A stretch of DNA of 64,000 nucleotides. Source: Candidatus Aenigmatarchaeota archaeon (GTDB lineage Archaea > Aenigmatarchaeota > Aenigmatarchaeia > CG10238-14 > SpSt-28). Positions 1-9,769 of the stretch are shown here, in pieces. Position numbers and translations under genes: made by a program. Location: positions 4,820-68,819 of the forward strand of contig JAWBAC010000001.1 in NCBI GenBank assembly GCA_038997355.1. The letters are read 5' to 3'. The notes under the pieces were generated by a model. It did no database searches. It was given only the letters and a program-made list of their open reading frames with translations, and was not told where the DNA came from. How positions within the stretch are numbered: position 1 is the first letter of the stretch; each line of letters opens with the position of its first letter.

Positions 1-55
1 AATTTCATAAACAAACTCTATAATTGTTAAATAAAAAAATAAGAATAATAATCTT

Positions 56-128
56 TGGGGCGGGAGGGATTCGAACCCTCGACCTTCCGGTCTTCAGCCG
101 GACGCTCTCCCAGCTGAGCTACCGCCCC
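56..128 (-). tRNA. tRNA-Phe (anticodon GAA)
   Basis: Reverse complement folds as a cloverleaf: acceptor GGGGCGG/CCGCCCC, anticodon loop CTGAAGA, T-loop TTCGAAT. GC-rich island in AT-rich DNA. Confidence 0.85.
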
Positions 129-171
129 TTATAAAAATATTTAAAAATAATCATTATTTTAATTTTTAATA

Positions 172-369
172 ATGGGAAGAGTGAGAACAAGAGATATAAA
201 AAATTTAGCATTGAAAATCTTAGAAGCACATAGAGATAAATTTACTGCAGATTTTGAAAAAAACAAGCAAATAATAAATCAACTTTATTACTTCTATTCT
301 AAAAAAATAAGAAATAAAATCGTTGGATATATTACAAAGCTAATTGCTAAATCTTCTAAACCATCTTAA
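172..369 (+). CDS. rps17e: 30S ribosomal protein S17e
   Basis: 65 aa. N-terminus MGRVRTRDIKN... is the characteristic S17e start. Confidence 0.8.
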   Translation: MGRVRTRDIKNLALKILEAHRDKFTADFEKNKQIINQLYYFYSKKIRNKIVGYITKLIAKSSKPS

Positions 370-980
370 ATTTCAAACCTAAGCAAAGCTGCAATTTTCA
401 TTTTTTCACAAAATTCTTTTTCGCTCAATAAAACTATTTTTGCGTTTTGATTTAATGCTTTAATTATTTTTTGCAAAAATTCAAAAAAGTTTTCTTTACA
501 TACATAAAGCCTTTCAATTATTCCATATTCTAAATATTCTTCGATTTTATTTTTATCTGTAATAAATCTGCTAGAAGCTTTAGATACAATTTCTTTAATT
601 TCATTCATTTTACCAATTTCAAAGTTTCTTATTTTTTCTAATATTAATTTTATACTCTCATTTACTCCACTCTTTTTTGTTATAACTAATTCTTTACCAA
701 TATCTATATTTTCGCCATGATGCCCTTTATCTAATCTTTCGCTAGATACTTCTTCAATCTTTCCAACAATTCTACTTTTTTCGAAACTAACCTTTTCAAT
801 TCTTATTTTCGCAAAAGCTTCGATTCTATCCAAAAATTTTCCATCTTTTTTAGAATATACATTCCTTATTATTTTCATTTCAACTAAATCAAATTTTTCT
901 ATTATAAGCAATGTTAAAAACTTTTCTATTTCGTTTTCTACTTTAACATATATTTTATCTGAATTTAATAATTTAATCAT
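366..980 (-). CDS. hypothetical protein
   Basis: 204-aa ORF, 4-nt overlap with S17e stop. No motif recognised. Confidence 0.3.
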   Translation of the reverse strand: MIKLLNSDKIYVKVENEIEKFLTLLIIEKFDLVEMKIIRNVYSKKDGKFLDRIEAFAKIRIEKVSFEKSRIVGKIEEVSSERLDKGHHGENIDIGKELVITKKSGVNESIKLILEKIRNFEIGKMNEIKEIVSKASSRFITDKNKIEEYLEYGIIERLYVCKENFFEFLQKIIKALNQNAKIVLLSEKEFCEKMKIAALLRFEI

Positions 981-989
981 AAATATTTT

Positions 990-1892
990 ATGCCAGATAA
1001 ATATCCTATAGATGAATTTTCATTGATATTAATAGGAGCATTAATATTTTTTGTTGGTATTGCAGCAATAAATTACTATTTTTTTACATCTTCAATCCAA
1101 CAAAACATTTCAATCCAAACTAATAAATCAATTTTATTATCCAGTTATTTCTTATTGGATGGCTTATTCAGAGAAAACATAATATTTAGCGATGAAGATA
1201 AAATTTACAAAAATCTTTTTGAGGAAAAAACTTTTATTGCAAAAATAAGATTTAGTAAAGAAGAATTACAAAATATAGATAGTCTAAAAATAAAGTTTGA
1301 AAGCGAAAAAGGAATTTCTAAGCTTTATTTATTAGAAGGAAAAAATTTAGTAAAAGCTAAAGAGATATATTCTGCCAACGAAATAAAGCAGGAAATGATT
1401 TTCGTTGCAAAAATAGAAGAATATGATACAACTTTACATTACATAATTTTGGCTATTTTGCTAGGCAGCATAATAACGTTAGCAATTTTATATAGAGAAA
1501 TGATTCATCAAAGAGAAAAAATAAAAATAATAGCTGTTTCAATAATTATTGCATTATCGATAGTTTTCATTTCATTAGCACTAATAAAAGTTTATGATAA
1601 AATATCTCTTACTATATATTCAATAAAGCAAACCGCTTCGAAAGAATTTTATTTTCCTTATGTATCTAATATAACAAAAATGGAAATTTCATTCGAAATA
1701 GGCGCAAATAGTTTGAGAACAGAAAATCTTAAAATATATTTGAATAATGAATTAATCTACGATGCAAAACCAACCACATACTTTGTAAAAATAGTTAAGC
1801 AAAGTCCTCAACTAAAAAGTACTAATATAATAAAGTTTGAAACTTCAAATGCTAAATACGAAATAAAAAATCTATATATCTTATTTTCTTAA
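990..1892 (+). CDS. hypothetical membrane protein
   Basis: 300 aa. Hydrophobic segments at N-terminus and mid-protein. Confidence 0.35.
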   Translation: MPDKYPIDEFSLILIGALIFFVGIAAINYYFFTSSIQQNISIQTNKSILLSSYFLLDGLFRENIIFSDEDKIYKNLFEEKTFIAKIRFSKEELQNIDSLKIKFESEKGISKLYLLEGKNLVKAKEIYSANEIKQEMIFVAKIEEYDTTLHYIILAILLGSIITLAILYREMIHQREKIKIIAVSIIIALSIVFISLALIKVYDKISLTIYSIKQTASKEFYFPYVSNITKMEISFEIGANSLRTENLKIYLNNELIYDAKPTTYFVKIVKQSPQLKSTNIIKFETSNAKYEIKNLYILFS

Positions 1893-1898
1893 TTTATT

Positions 1899-3215
1899 AT
1901 GACTTCTATAGTTTTTGCCTTTGAAGTTCATCAACCCTTTAGATTAAGAGAAAGAGTCAACGAAAATTCCAACAATTTAATAGAAAGATATTTTGATATA
2001 GAATTGAACAAATTTTATTTAGATAGAATTTCTGAAAAATGTTATTTAAAAGCCAATAACATTATTCTAGATTTAATAGATGCGTTTAAAAAGCAAAAGA
2101 AAAAATTCAAGGTTGCATATTCTATTAGTGGAATATTTCTAGAAGCATTAGAAAAGTATAGAAGAGATGTTTTAGAAAGTTTTAGAGAATTAGCAAAGAA
2201 AAAAGAAGTAGAAATATTGTGCGAAACTTATTATCATTCGATCGTTTCTTTGCATTATGATTATGATGAATTTATTAAGCAAGTAGAGATGCAAAGAGAA
2301 ACTTTACATTCATTGTTAAATGTAAAACCAAAAGTTTTTGTAAATACTGAAATGATATTTAACAATAAAATTGCGAAAATAGCTGAAGATTTAGGTTTCA
2401 AAGCAATATATACCGAAGGAGTTGAAAGAATTTTGAAATGGAAAAGTCCAAATTATGTATATGTTAGAAAGTATGCATTTCCTAACGATCCTATTCCTAA
2501 AAAAAGAATAAAAATTTTGCTAAGAAATTATAGATTAAGTGATGATATTGCATTCAGATTTTCTGCAAGAAATTGGGATCAGTGGCCGCTAACTGCTGAT
2601 AAATATGCTTCTTGGTTAGCAGCAACTCCTGGAGATGTAATAAACATTTTTATAGATTATGAAACTTTTGGAGAGCATCATTGGGAAGAAAGTGGAATAT
2701 TTTGGTTCTTAAAAGCATTACCATATTATGTTTTGAAGTATGAGCACTTAGAGTTTGATCTACCAAGCGAAGTAATTAAGAAATATAATATTGTTGGAGA
2801 ATATGACGTTTTTGAATTGTCTTCCATATCTTGGGCAGATAGCGATAAAGATGTTAGCGCTTGGTTAGGTAATGAAATGCAATTAAGAAGTTTTGAAGAA
2901 GTTATGAATTTAAGAAATAAAGTTTTAGAAACGAATGATGCTGAACTATATAAAATTTGGCAATTATTTACTCAAAGCGACATTTATTATTATATGTGTA
3001 AAAAATCACAAGCAGATCAAGATGTTCATCAATATTTCAATCATTATAGAAGCGCTGAAAAAGCTTTTGTGAGTTTTATGAACATATTAGCAGATTTTAA
3101 AGCTCAACTAGAAATAAGAAAGATAAAGCAATCACTGAAAGAAATCTTAGCAAGTAAAAATATAATAGAAAATTTAGAAAAAGAATTAGATATTAAAGTT
3201 TATGAAAAGATTTGA
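1899..3215 (+). CDS. glycoside hydrolase family 57 protein (alpha-amylase/4-alpha-glucanotransferase-like)
   Basis: N-terminal FAFEVHQPFRL motif typical of GH57 (HQP motif). 438 aa. Confidence 0.6.
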   Translation: MTSIVFAFEVHQPFRLRERVNENSNNLIERYFDIELNKFYLDRISEKCYLKANNIILDLIDAFKKQKKKFKVAYSISGIFLEALEKYRRDVLESFRELAKKKEVEILCETYYHSIVSLHYDYDEFIKQVEMQRETLHSLLNVKPKVFVNTEMIFNNKIAKIAEDLGFKAIYTEGVERILKWKSPNYVYVRKYAFPNDPIPKKRIKILLRNYRLSDDIAFRFSARNWDQWPLTADKYASWLAATPGDVINIFIDYETFGEHHWEESGIFWFLKALPYYVLKYEHLEFDLPSEVIKKYNIVGEYDVFELSSISWADSDKDVSAWLGNEMQLRSFEEVMNLRNKVLETNDAELYKIWQLFTQSDIYYYMCKKSQADQDVHQYFNHYRSAEKAFVSFMNILADFKAQLEIRKIKQSLKEILASKNIIENLEKELDIKVYEKI

Positions 3216-3630
3216 AATTCTAGAATATCCGACCGCAGATACAGGATTTGTTGCATATGGAAAGAATTTAGAAGAATTATTTGAAAACGCAGCTATAGCT
3301 ACGTATAGCATAATGGTAAATTTAGAAAAAGTAGAACCAAAAATAAAAAGAGAAATAAGAATTGAAGCAATAGATTTATATCAATTGATGTTTAAGTGGA
3401 TTAATGAATTGCTCTATTTTTTAGATACAGAGATTTTGGTTTTTAGTAAGTTTAAAGTGAAAATCGAAGAGAAAGATGGAAAATATTTTTTGTTTGCTGA
3501 AGTTTTTGGAGAGAAAGTAGATAAAAGTAAGCATGATTTAGGTACATTAGTTAAGGCATGTAGCTATCATAACATGGAAATTAAAAAAGAAAATGATATT
3601 TGGATTGCAAAAGTTATAGTAGATATATGA
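3202..3630 (+). CDS. archease (RtcB ligase activator)
   Basis: 142 aa. EYPTADTGFVAYGKNLEELFENAA matches the archease HTAD/TADxG signature. Adjacent to RtcB. Confidence 0.8.
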   Translation: MKRFEILEYPTADTGFVAYGKNLEELFENAAIATYSIMVNLEKVEPKIKREIRIEAIDLYQLMFKWINELLYFLDTEILVFSKFKVKIEEKDGKYFLFAEVFGEKVDKSKHDLGTLVKACSYHNMEIKKENDIWIAKVIVDI

Positions 3631-3697
3631 ATTAAACATAAAAAGCTGGAATATAAAAAATAGATATATAAATTTATTCTATTATTTTGTACTTAAG

Positions 3698-3755
3698 AGA
3701 TAAATTAATTCTATAAATTTTTCCTATAAAGAAAAATTATAGAATTAATTTATCT
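3698..3755. terminator. long near-perfect palindrome (19-nt perfect arms plus inner extension) between convergent genes
   Basis: agataaattaattctataa (3698-3716) is the exact reverse complement of ttatagaattaatttatct (3737-3755). Inner tttttc/gaaaaa extends the stem. T-rich tract upstream. Likely a bidirectional terminator hairpin. Confidence 0.5.
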
Positions 3756-4324
3756 AAGAAATGATTAATTATTGCGATAGATGTTGAAGTTAAATAAGGT
3801 ATTGAACCTAAACTTATTTTTCTTGCATTAAACTCTCTAATGATAAATTTTTCAACTTTCTTAGGCAAACCTATATGATCTCCAACTATAAAACAATTAT
3901 TTTCGCTTAAATACTCTTTTTCCAAATTTTCTCCTTTTTCATGCAAAACAAAGAAATTAGGATTATACTTTTGCTTTATAAATCTTAAGAGAGGTATTAA
4001 ATCTAATTCGTAAAAATTAAAACCTTCATCCAATTGAACTCTTTTGTAATATTTTTCTAAGTTTTGTCTTATTTTTTCAGCAAAATGCTTTTCATTAGGT
4101 AAAATTCCTTTAACTCTTTCAGAAATTATTTCTAAAGAAATTGGTTTGTTTGGTTTTCTTAAGATAGCATAAAATATTACATCTTTTCTGTATTCTCTAC
4201 TAATACAAATTGCTTGTATTGCGCTTTGAACAACTATATCAAATCTTCCAAAACGTTCTAGATTTTCGATATCAAGATCGTAAGAATTATATGAAGCTCT
4301 ACTAGCTAATACAAATATCCTCAT
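3737..4324 (-). CDS. SPOUT-family methyltransferase, TrmY-like (tRNA pseudouridine54 N1-methyltransferase family, COG1901)
   Basis: 195 aa. Size and C-terminal CFIVGDHIGLPKK resemble the SPOUT knot/SAM-binding region. Sits between archease and RtcB. Confidence 0.45.
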   Translation of the reverse strand: MRIFVLASRASYNSYDLDIENLERFGRFDIVVQSAIQAICISREYRKDVIFYAILRKPNKPISLEIISERVKGILPNEKHFAEKIRQNLEKYYKRVQLDEGFNFYELDLIPLLRFIKQKYNPNFFVLHEKGENLEKEYLSENNCFIVGDHIGLPKKVEKFIIREFNARKISLGSIPYLTSTSIAIINHFLDKLIL

Positions 4325-5775
4325 TAACCCTTTACAACAGCAATAGGTCTCATTCTAACAACAATTTTGCTTATTCCGGCTCTCTCTGTTGTTAAAACAA
4401 CTTCATCAACATTTTTATATGCTTCTGGCAATTCTTCTATAACACCTTCTTTTGTTGTTGATTTTATTAATATACCTTTTGATTCTATTAGCTTAACTGC
4501 ATCTTGATATCTATATTTTCTCATCATTGCAGCTCTTGATGCAACTCTTCCACTACCATGAGCTGAAGAATAAAATGTTTTTTCTGCTGTCTCAACGCCA
4601 ACTAAAATATAGCTTGCGGTTCCCATACTTCCAGGAATTAATACTGGCTGGCCAATTTTTTCATAAGCTTTTGGTATGTATGGACTGTATGGCGGATATG
4701 CTCTAGTTGCTCCTTTTCTATGAACTAATAATTTTTTCTTTTCACCATCTACTTTATGTTCTTCTAATTTTGCCATGTTATGATGAATATCGTAAACAAT
4801 TTGTAAACCAATTTCTTCTAAGGGCATTTTCAAAACTCTAACAAAACTCTCTCTTATCCAATGAGTTATCATTTGTCTATTTGCAAAAGCATAATTAGCT
4901 GCTGAAAACATAGCTCCAAGATATCTTTCAAAAACTTTTGTTCCACTTGGAGCATATGCTAATTGTCTGTCTGGCAATTTCCTTATTAAATCTCTAAACT
5001 CTCTTTCTATTATTTCTAAATAATCGCTTGCAACTTGATGACCTAAACCTCTTGAACCAGTATGAATCATAACAACTATTTGACCTTCTCTTTCTATTCC
5101 CAAAACTTTAGCTATTTCTCTATCAAAAATTCTATCAACAACTTGAATTTCTAAGAAATGATTCCCAGAACCCAAAGTTCCTAATTGCGGCATACCTCTT
5201 TCTATTGCTTTTTGAGAAACATATTCTGGATTTGCATTTTCTTCCTCGCAACCATTATCTTCTATAAATTCTAAATCTTTTTCAGTTCCATATCCATTTT
5301 CTACTGCCCATTTTGCACCATATTTTAATACTTCATATGTTTGACTAGCAGAAAGTTTTACTAATCCTTCGCTACCTACACCAGCTGGAACAGATCTAAA
5401 TATTTCATTTACTAAATCATAGAGTTTATCTTTTATTTGTTCGTAAGTTAAATTTGTTCTTAAAACTCTTACTCCACAACCTATATCAAAACCAATACCT
5501 CCAGGACTTACGCAACCATTATAATAATCTATTCCAGCTATTCCTCCAACTGGGAATCCATATCCAAAATGCATGTCTGGCATAGCAATGGAATATCTTT
5601 GAATTCCAGGCAATGTAGCAACATTAATGGCTTGCTCTATTGCACCGTCTTCAACTTCTTGCAATAATTTTTCAGATAAGAACAATCTTACAGGAACATT
5701 CATATTTGGTTTTACTCCTTTCTCTATTTCCCATTCATAATCACTAATTTTTTTAACCTTAGATTTCCAACTCAT
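4324..5775 (-). CDS. rtcB: RNA-splicing ligase RtcB (3'-phosphate/5'-hydroxyl RNA ligase)
   Basis: 483 aa. Conserved RtcB blocks (GFDIGCGVRV, HxGSRGLGHQ, NHFLEIQ) and size. Confidence 0.9.
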   Translation of the reverse strand: MSWKSKVKKISDYEWEIEKGVKPNMNVPVRLFLSEKLLQEVEDGAIEQAINVATLPGIQRYSIAMPDMHFGYGFPVGGIAGIDYYNGCVSPGGIGFDIGCGVRVLRTNLTYEQIKDKLYDLVNEIFRSVPAGVGSEGLVKLSASQTYEVLKYGAKWAVENGYGTEKDLEFIEDNGCEEENANPEYVSQKAIERGMPQLGTLGSGNHFLEIQVVDRIFDREIAKVLGIEREGQIVVMIHTGSRGLGHQVASDYLEIIEREFRDLIRKLPDRQLAYAPSGTKVFERYLGAMFSAANYAFANRQMITHWIRESFVRVLKMPLEEIGLQIVYDIHHNMAKLEEHKVDGEKKKLLVHRKGATRAYPPYSPYIPKAYEKIGQPVLIPGSMGTASYILVGVETAEKTFYSSAHGSGRVASRAAMMRKYRYQDAVKLIESKGILIKSTTKEGVIEELPEAYKNVDEVVLTTERAGISKIVVRMRPIAVVKG

Positions 5776-5861
5776 ATATATTTATTTTTACACAGAATAA
5801 ATTTAAAAATTTCTAATTCTGCAATTAATTAAAAAATAAATAAAGAGAAAAGAGGAAGAAA

Positions 5862-7556
5862 TTAAGGTAGTTCTATTCTTTTTTCTCTAACTCCTACTTT
5901 TCTCGCTATTAATACTACTAGCAATACTAATAAAGCTATTAATAGTACTATTACTGTTGCAATTACTAATGTTTCTAATATCTTGCCTAAGTTTACATCT
6001 ATTCTTAGTGGTTTTGGTTTTTCCCTAACATTAAATTCAAAATGCTCTTCTACTTCTCCTACTTTAATTTTTACTTTTGTTGCTGATTTTTCAAAATCTT
6101 CGCTTACAAACAAAGATAACTTTACTACTTTTGTTTGTAATGGCAATATGTTTATGCTAGATGTTTCTAAAGAGCTTAATACTCCTCTTTCTGTTTCTAC
6201 AGATATAGGTAATTTTTCAAAGGCTTTTATATCGCTGTTTTTAACTGTTATGTATATATCATTCCACTCTCCCTTATTTAATTCTCTTTTATCTACTGAA
6301 ACTTTTAATACTTGTATATGTGTTGCTCTTTCTATATAGAAATCATACTTAATACTTACTAAATTATTAAATGCAAATACCGTTGCTAATTTTCTTTCCC
6401 CTTGTTCGACATTCATTACATTAAAGTATACAAATTTTACTTCGTTTGGTAAAATAGCTGGAATTATCTTAATTTGCACTTCTTCTCCTATAACAAACAT
6501 CACTGTTACATTATACAATCCTACATCTCCACAATTTCTTAAAAATACATTTACTCTTCCTTCTTCTATGATTCTATTTTCTACTTTTTCAAAATCTAGA
6601 CAATAGTTAAAGCTTAAACCTTCTATTTCGTATGAACTAAAAGATGGAATGTACTTTACTGAATTGCTTATTCCATACATCGTTAGTAATAATCTTGCTA
6701 CTTGATCAAAATTTACTAAGTTTCCTATATTTAATACATTAAGATTTGAATTGCCGTTAATATCGCTGTTATTATTACTTATTTGATTTGTGTTGTTGAA
6801 ATAAACCTGTGTTAATAAATCTATTAATAATGATAGTTTGTTTATGATTTCATTGGTGTTATTGAAGTATATATAATTCGTATTATTCAAATTGATTTGT
6901 GTTAGTAAATCGATTATTGGTAATATTGTGTTAATAATTTCGTTAACATTTATGTTTGTATTATTTAAGTTGTTAATTAAGTTTAGCAAATTATTTAGAT
7001 TTGCTACTAAACTTACTTCGTTAATGTTACTATTGTTGTTATTGATGTTTATCTGATTGTTATTTGTAATGTTATTCAATAGATTTATTATTGAAAGCAC
7101 ATCTATTGGTGTAACTTTTTGTTCTGATGTTGGACAATTCCAGGTTATTTTAATTCTTTGACTTTCTATTGTAGGATCGCTAGTTACTACATATGTTACT
7201 TTTGCATAATATTCGTTGGTAACTGGACATGTGTTGCTAGTTACAAAAGTAAAGCAGAAGAATTGTTCACTTCCTTGATTTGTGCATTCTTTAATTTTAT
7301 TATTGTTCTCAAAAATTTCTATCTTAGTTACTCTTACTCTATTTATATCGTTAAACTTTGCTATAGCTACTAATAATACTTGCTCGTCTTTTATTGCTTG
7401 GGTCTTACTTGCTAAAAGTTCTACACTATCTGCTAAAGCTAGATTGCTACCTAACATAAGTATTCCTGCTGCTATTAGTATTATTAGTAAAGTATTTAGC
7501 CTCATAATGTTATTTATGTAAAAAGTATATAAATACTTTTTGGTGGTAACAATCAT
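5862..7556 (-). CDS. Asn-rich repeat-containing cell-surface protein (signal peptide, C-terminal TM anchor)
   Basis: 564 aa. N-terminal hydrophobic signal, C-terminal TM plus basic tail (LVVLIARKVGVREK). Central region has degenerate repeats (...IIDLLTQ...NNTN...) and Asn-rich low complexity. The underlying DNA shows degenerate tandem repeats. Confidence 0.5.
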   Translation of the reverse strand: MIVTTKKYLYTFYINNIMRLNTLLIILIAAGILMLGSNLALADSVELLASKTQAIKDEQVLLVAIAKFNDINRVRVTKIEIFENNNKIKECTNQGSEQFFCFTFVTSNTCPVTNEYYAKVTYVVTSDPTIESQRIKITWNCPTSEQKVTPIDVLSIINLLNNITNNNQININNNNSNINEVSLVANLNNLLNLINNLNNTNINVNEIINTILPIIDLLTQINLNNTNYIYFNNTNEIINKLSLLIDLLTQVYFNNTNQISNNNSDINGNSNLNVLNIGNLVNFDQVARLLLTMYGISNSVKYIPSFSSYEIEGLSFNYCLDFEKVENRIIEEGRVNVFLRNCGDVGLYNVTVMFVIGEEVQIKIIPAILPNEVKFVYFNVMNVEQGERKLATVFAFNNLVSIKYDFYIERATHIQVLKVSVDKRELNKGEWNDIYITVKNSDIKAFEKLPISVETERGVLSSLETSSINILPLQTKVVKLSLFVSEDFEKSATKVKIKVGEVEEHFEFNVREKPKPLRIDVNLGKILETLVIATVIVLLIALLVLLVVLIARKVGVREKRIELP

Positions 7557-7625
7557 TATTATACTTCTTCAGTAGTAATACTTGTTAACTAAAAAATAAT
7601 TAGTAGATAAAAAATTTATTAATTT

Positions 7626-8360
7626 ATGGTAATAAAGGTTGGTTGTTGTGGATTTCCTGTTGCTAAAAACAAATATTTTCAAAATCTTAAGCTAGTGGAA
7701 ATTCAACAGACTTTTTATAAGTTGGTTAGTGAAGACTTATTAGAAAAATGGAGAAAAGAAGCACCAAAGGATTTTGAATTTACAATAAAAGCTTTTCAAG
7801 GATTAACCCATTCGATTAAAAGCTTTACTTGGAAAAGAAGTGGATTATCTAAAGAAGAATTAAAAAAGATTGAAAAGTATGTTGGAAGTTTAAAAGTAAA
7901 TAAAGTGACTATGGAATATTGGGAAGTTATGCTAAAATATGCAAAAATTTTGAATTCTAAGATTATTTTACTTCAACTTCCAAATTCTTTTAATGATAGT
8001 GAAGAAAACATAAAACAAGCAAAAGAGTTCTTAAAAAATGTAGAAAGTAGTAAAGTAATAATAGCTTTAGAGCTTAGAGGTTGGAAAAAGGAAAACAAAC
8101 TAAAAATATTTGAAGAATTTAATGCTATAGATGTTGTAGATCTAAGTTTCGAAAAACCTAGCATAGTAAAAGATATTTTATACACCAGATTACATGGAAA
8201 GCACGAAGGAAATAAAATAATCTATAGTTACGAGTATACAAAAAACGAATTAGAAAAAATTAAAGACTACTTACTTGAAATCAATGCAAAAGAAAGTTAT
8301 GTTCTATTTAACAATTCTTCGATGTTTAAAAATGCCTTAGAATTTATTTCCCTTCTTTAA
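7626..8360 (+). CDS. DUF72 family protein
   Basis: 244 aa. N-terminal IKVGCCGFP...LVEIQQTFYK matches the DUF72 pattern (iGtsGW...vEiNstFY). Confidence 0.5.
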   Translation: MVIKVGCCGFPVAKNKYFQNLKLVEIQQTFYKLVSEDLLEKWRKEAPKDFEFTIKAFQGLTHSIKSFTWKRSGLSKEELKKIEKYVGSLKVNKVTMEYWEVMLKYAKILNSKIILLQLPNSFNDSEENIKQAKEFLKNVESSKVIIALELRGWKKENKLKIFEEFNAIDVVDLSFEKPSIVKDILYTRLHGKHEGNKIIYSYEYTKNELEKIKDYLLEINAKESYVLFNNSSMFKNALEFISLL

Positions 8361-8721
8361 TTTTTAATATCGTTTTAAAGATTTTTTCTCCATTCTTAAT
8401 TCCGCTAAATTCTATTTTTTCTCCAAAAGAGCTAATAACTATTTTAGATAAACCTAAAATATAAAGGTATGGAGTTTTTTCTAAGCTTATTTTTTGCACA
8501 AGGTTTAAATCAATTTTTTCGATTTTTTTATAAAATATTCCTCTTCTGATAAAAAGCTCTTTACCTTTTATTTCTAAATAATTAAAGTTTCTATATATTT
8601 CTACAGCAAGAACAAAAGAAATTAAAAATAAAAAAGTGATAAAGGAAGGATAAAAAAGTATTAATAAAAAGAAGAGTAAATAGTATGGTAAGTAATAAAT
8701 CCTAGAAACCTTAACTTTCAT
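8344..8721 (-). CDS. small membrane protein
   Basis: 125 aa. Two N-terminal TM helices followed by a soluble domain. Confidence 0.3.
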   Translation of the reverse strand: MKVKVSRIYYLPYYLLFFLLILFYPSFITFLFLISFVLAVEIYRNFNYLEIKGKELFIRRGIFYKKIEKIDLNLVQKISLEKTPYLYILGLSKIVISSFGEKIEFSGIKNGEKIFKTILKIKEGK

Positions 8722-8737
8722 AAATTTATTATATTAT

Positions 8738-9340
8738 ATGGATGATAAAATAAATTCGGACGAACATGCAAAACTATATATAGAAGCACTAAATAATCTT
8801 AAAACTGCTCTCCCAAAATTTTCCCTATTTTTATTGCTTTTAGTCTTTTTGTGGATAATATCGCCTTTTATAATAGAGTTAGGAAAAGATATATACTTGG
8901 AAATCTTTAATGTAAAAATAGAAACAAAAAATCTGATAAATATTCTTTTAATAACATATTTAACTGTTTTGCTATTATTTACATACAGAGAAATAATACT
9001 TATAGGAAGTGCTTTTTCTAAATTAATAGTTTTTTACTCTTCAAATCCTAACGACGATATTTCGAAGTTAAATATTAGAATTAAAAAGTTTGAAAACATT
9101 TTAAGTTTATTGTTAGTTAATATAATTTCTTTTTTGATTTATTACATTTTTAAAGATTTTCTATCTCAAATAAGTCAAATATTCGCATCTGCTTTATTAC
9201 TAATTTTAACACTTTCATTTTTAATACTTCTATTCCTTCTCTCTATCTCTTTGAGTTCTGAATTAGAGTTAAAGATACAGGAAGTTTTTAGAACTAGAGA
9301 AAAAAGAAAAAATGGAAGAAATAATAACCAGAATAAATAA
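8738..9340 (+). CDS. hypothetical membrane protein
   Basis: 200 aa with multiple hydrophobic helices. Start uncertain (only 16 nt from the divergent gene). Confidence 0.3.
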   Translation: MDDKINSDEHAKLYIEALNNLKTALPKFSLFLLLLVFLWIISPFIIELGKDIYLEIFNVKIETKNLINILLITYLTVLLLFTYREIILIGSAFSKLIVFYSSNPNDDISKLNIRIKKFENILSLLLVNIISFLIYYIFKDFLSQISQIFASALLLILTLSFLILLFLLSISLSSELELKIQEVFRTREKRKNGRNNNQNK

Positions 9341-9764
9341 AAATTTTAATGCAGAAATTCCAAAAGATTTGGACTTTGAAATAAGAAATGAAAAGATTTA
9401 TGTTTTTAAAAAAGAATTAAAAAACATTTACGAATTTTTAAAATCTAAAGGGCTTAGATTAGAGAAAATTGGAATATATTTTGGGAAATTAAAGAAAAAT
9501 GATAAAATTCAGTTAAGCATAGAAGGTTCACAAATAGTTGGGAAAACAGCAAAAAAGAACGTAATAGAAATTAACGATCTAGAAAAGCTTGAAAAATTTC
9601 TAAGAGATGAGATTTCTTTAAGTTTAGAGGAATTTAAAAATGTTGAAAAACATAATTTTCCAATCATTAAATATAAAAACTATATAGTTTGTTCAGCAGC
9701 AAGTTTAGAGAAGGAAATTAAAAATCTTTTTCCTAAAAATGCTAAAAGACTTTTATACGATTAA
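9312..9764 (+). CDS. hypothetical protein (possibly Nip7-like PUA-type RNA-binding protein)
   Basis: 150 aa. Weak resemblance to Nip7/pre-PUA architecture. No firm motif. Confidence 0.3.
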   Translation: MEEIITRINKNFNAEIPKDLDFEIRNEKIYVFKKELKNIYEFLKSKGLRLEKIGIYFGKLKKNDKIQLSIEGSQIVGKTAKKNVIEINDLEKLEKFLRDEISLSLEEFKNVEKHNFPIIKYKNYIVCSAASLEKEIKNLFPKNAKRLLYD

Positions 9765-9769
9765 ATTGT

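Noticed and set aside
6700-7080. CRISPR-like periodic repeats
   Set aside because: The repeats are degenerate, in-frame and coding (Asn-rich protein repeats). No direct-repeat/spacer architecture.
5983-7521. Three plus-strand ORFs (5983..6339, 7158..7373, 7282..7521)
   Set aside because: All lie antisense inside the 564-aa surface-protein gene and have low-complexity S/L/F-rich translations. Spurious.
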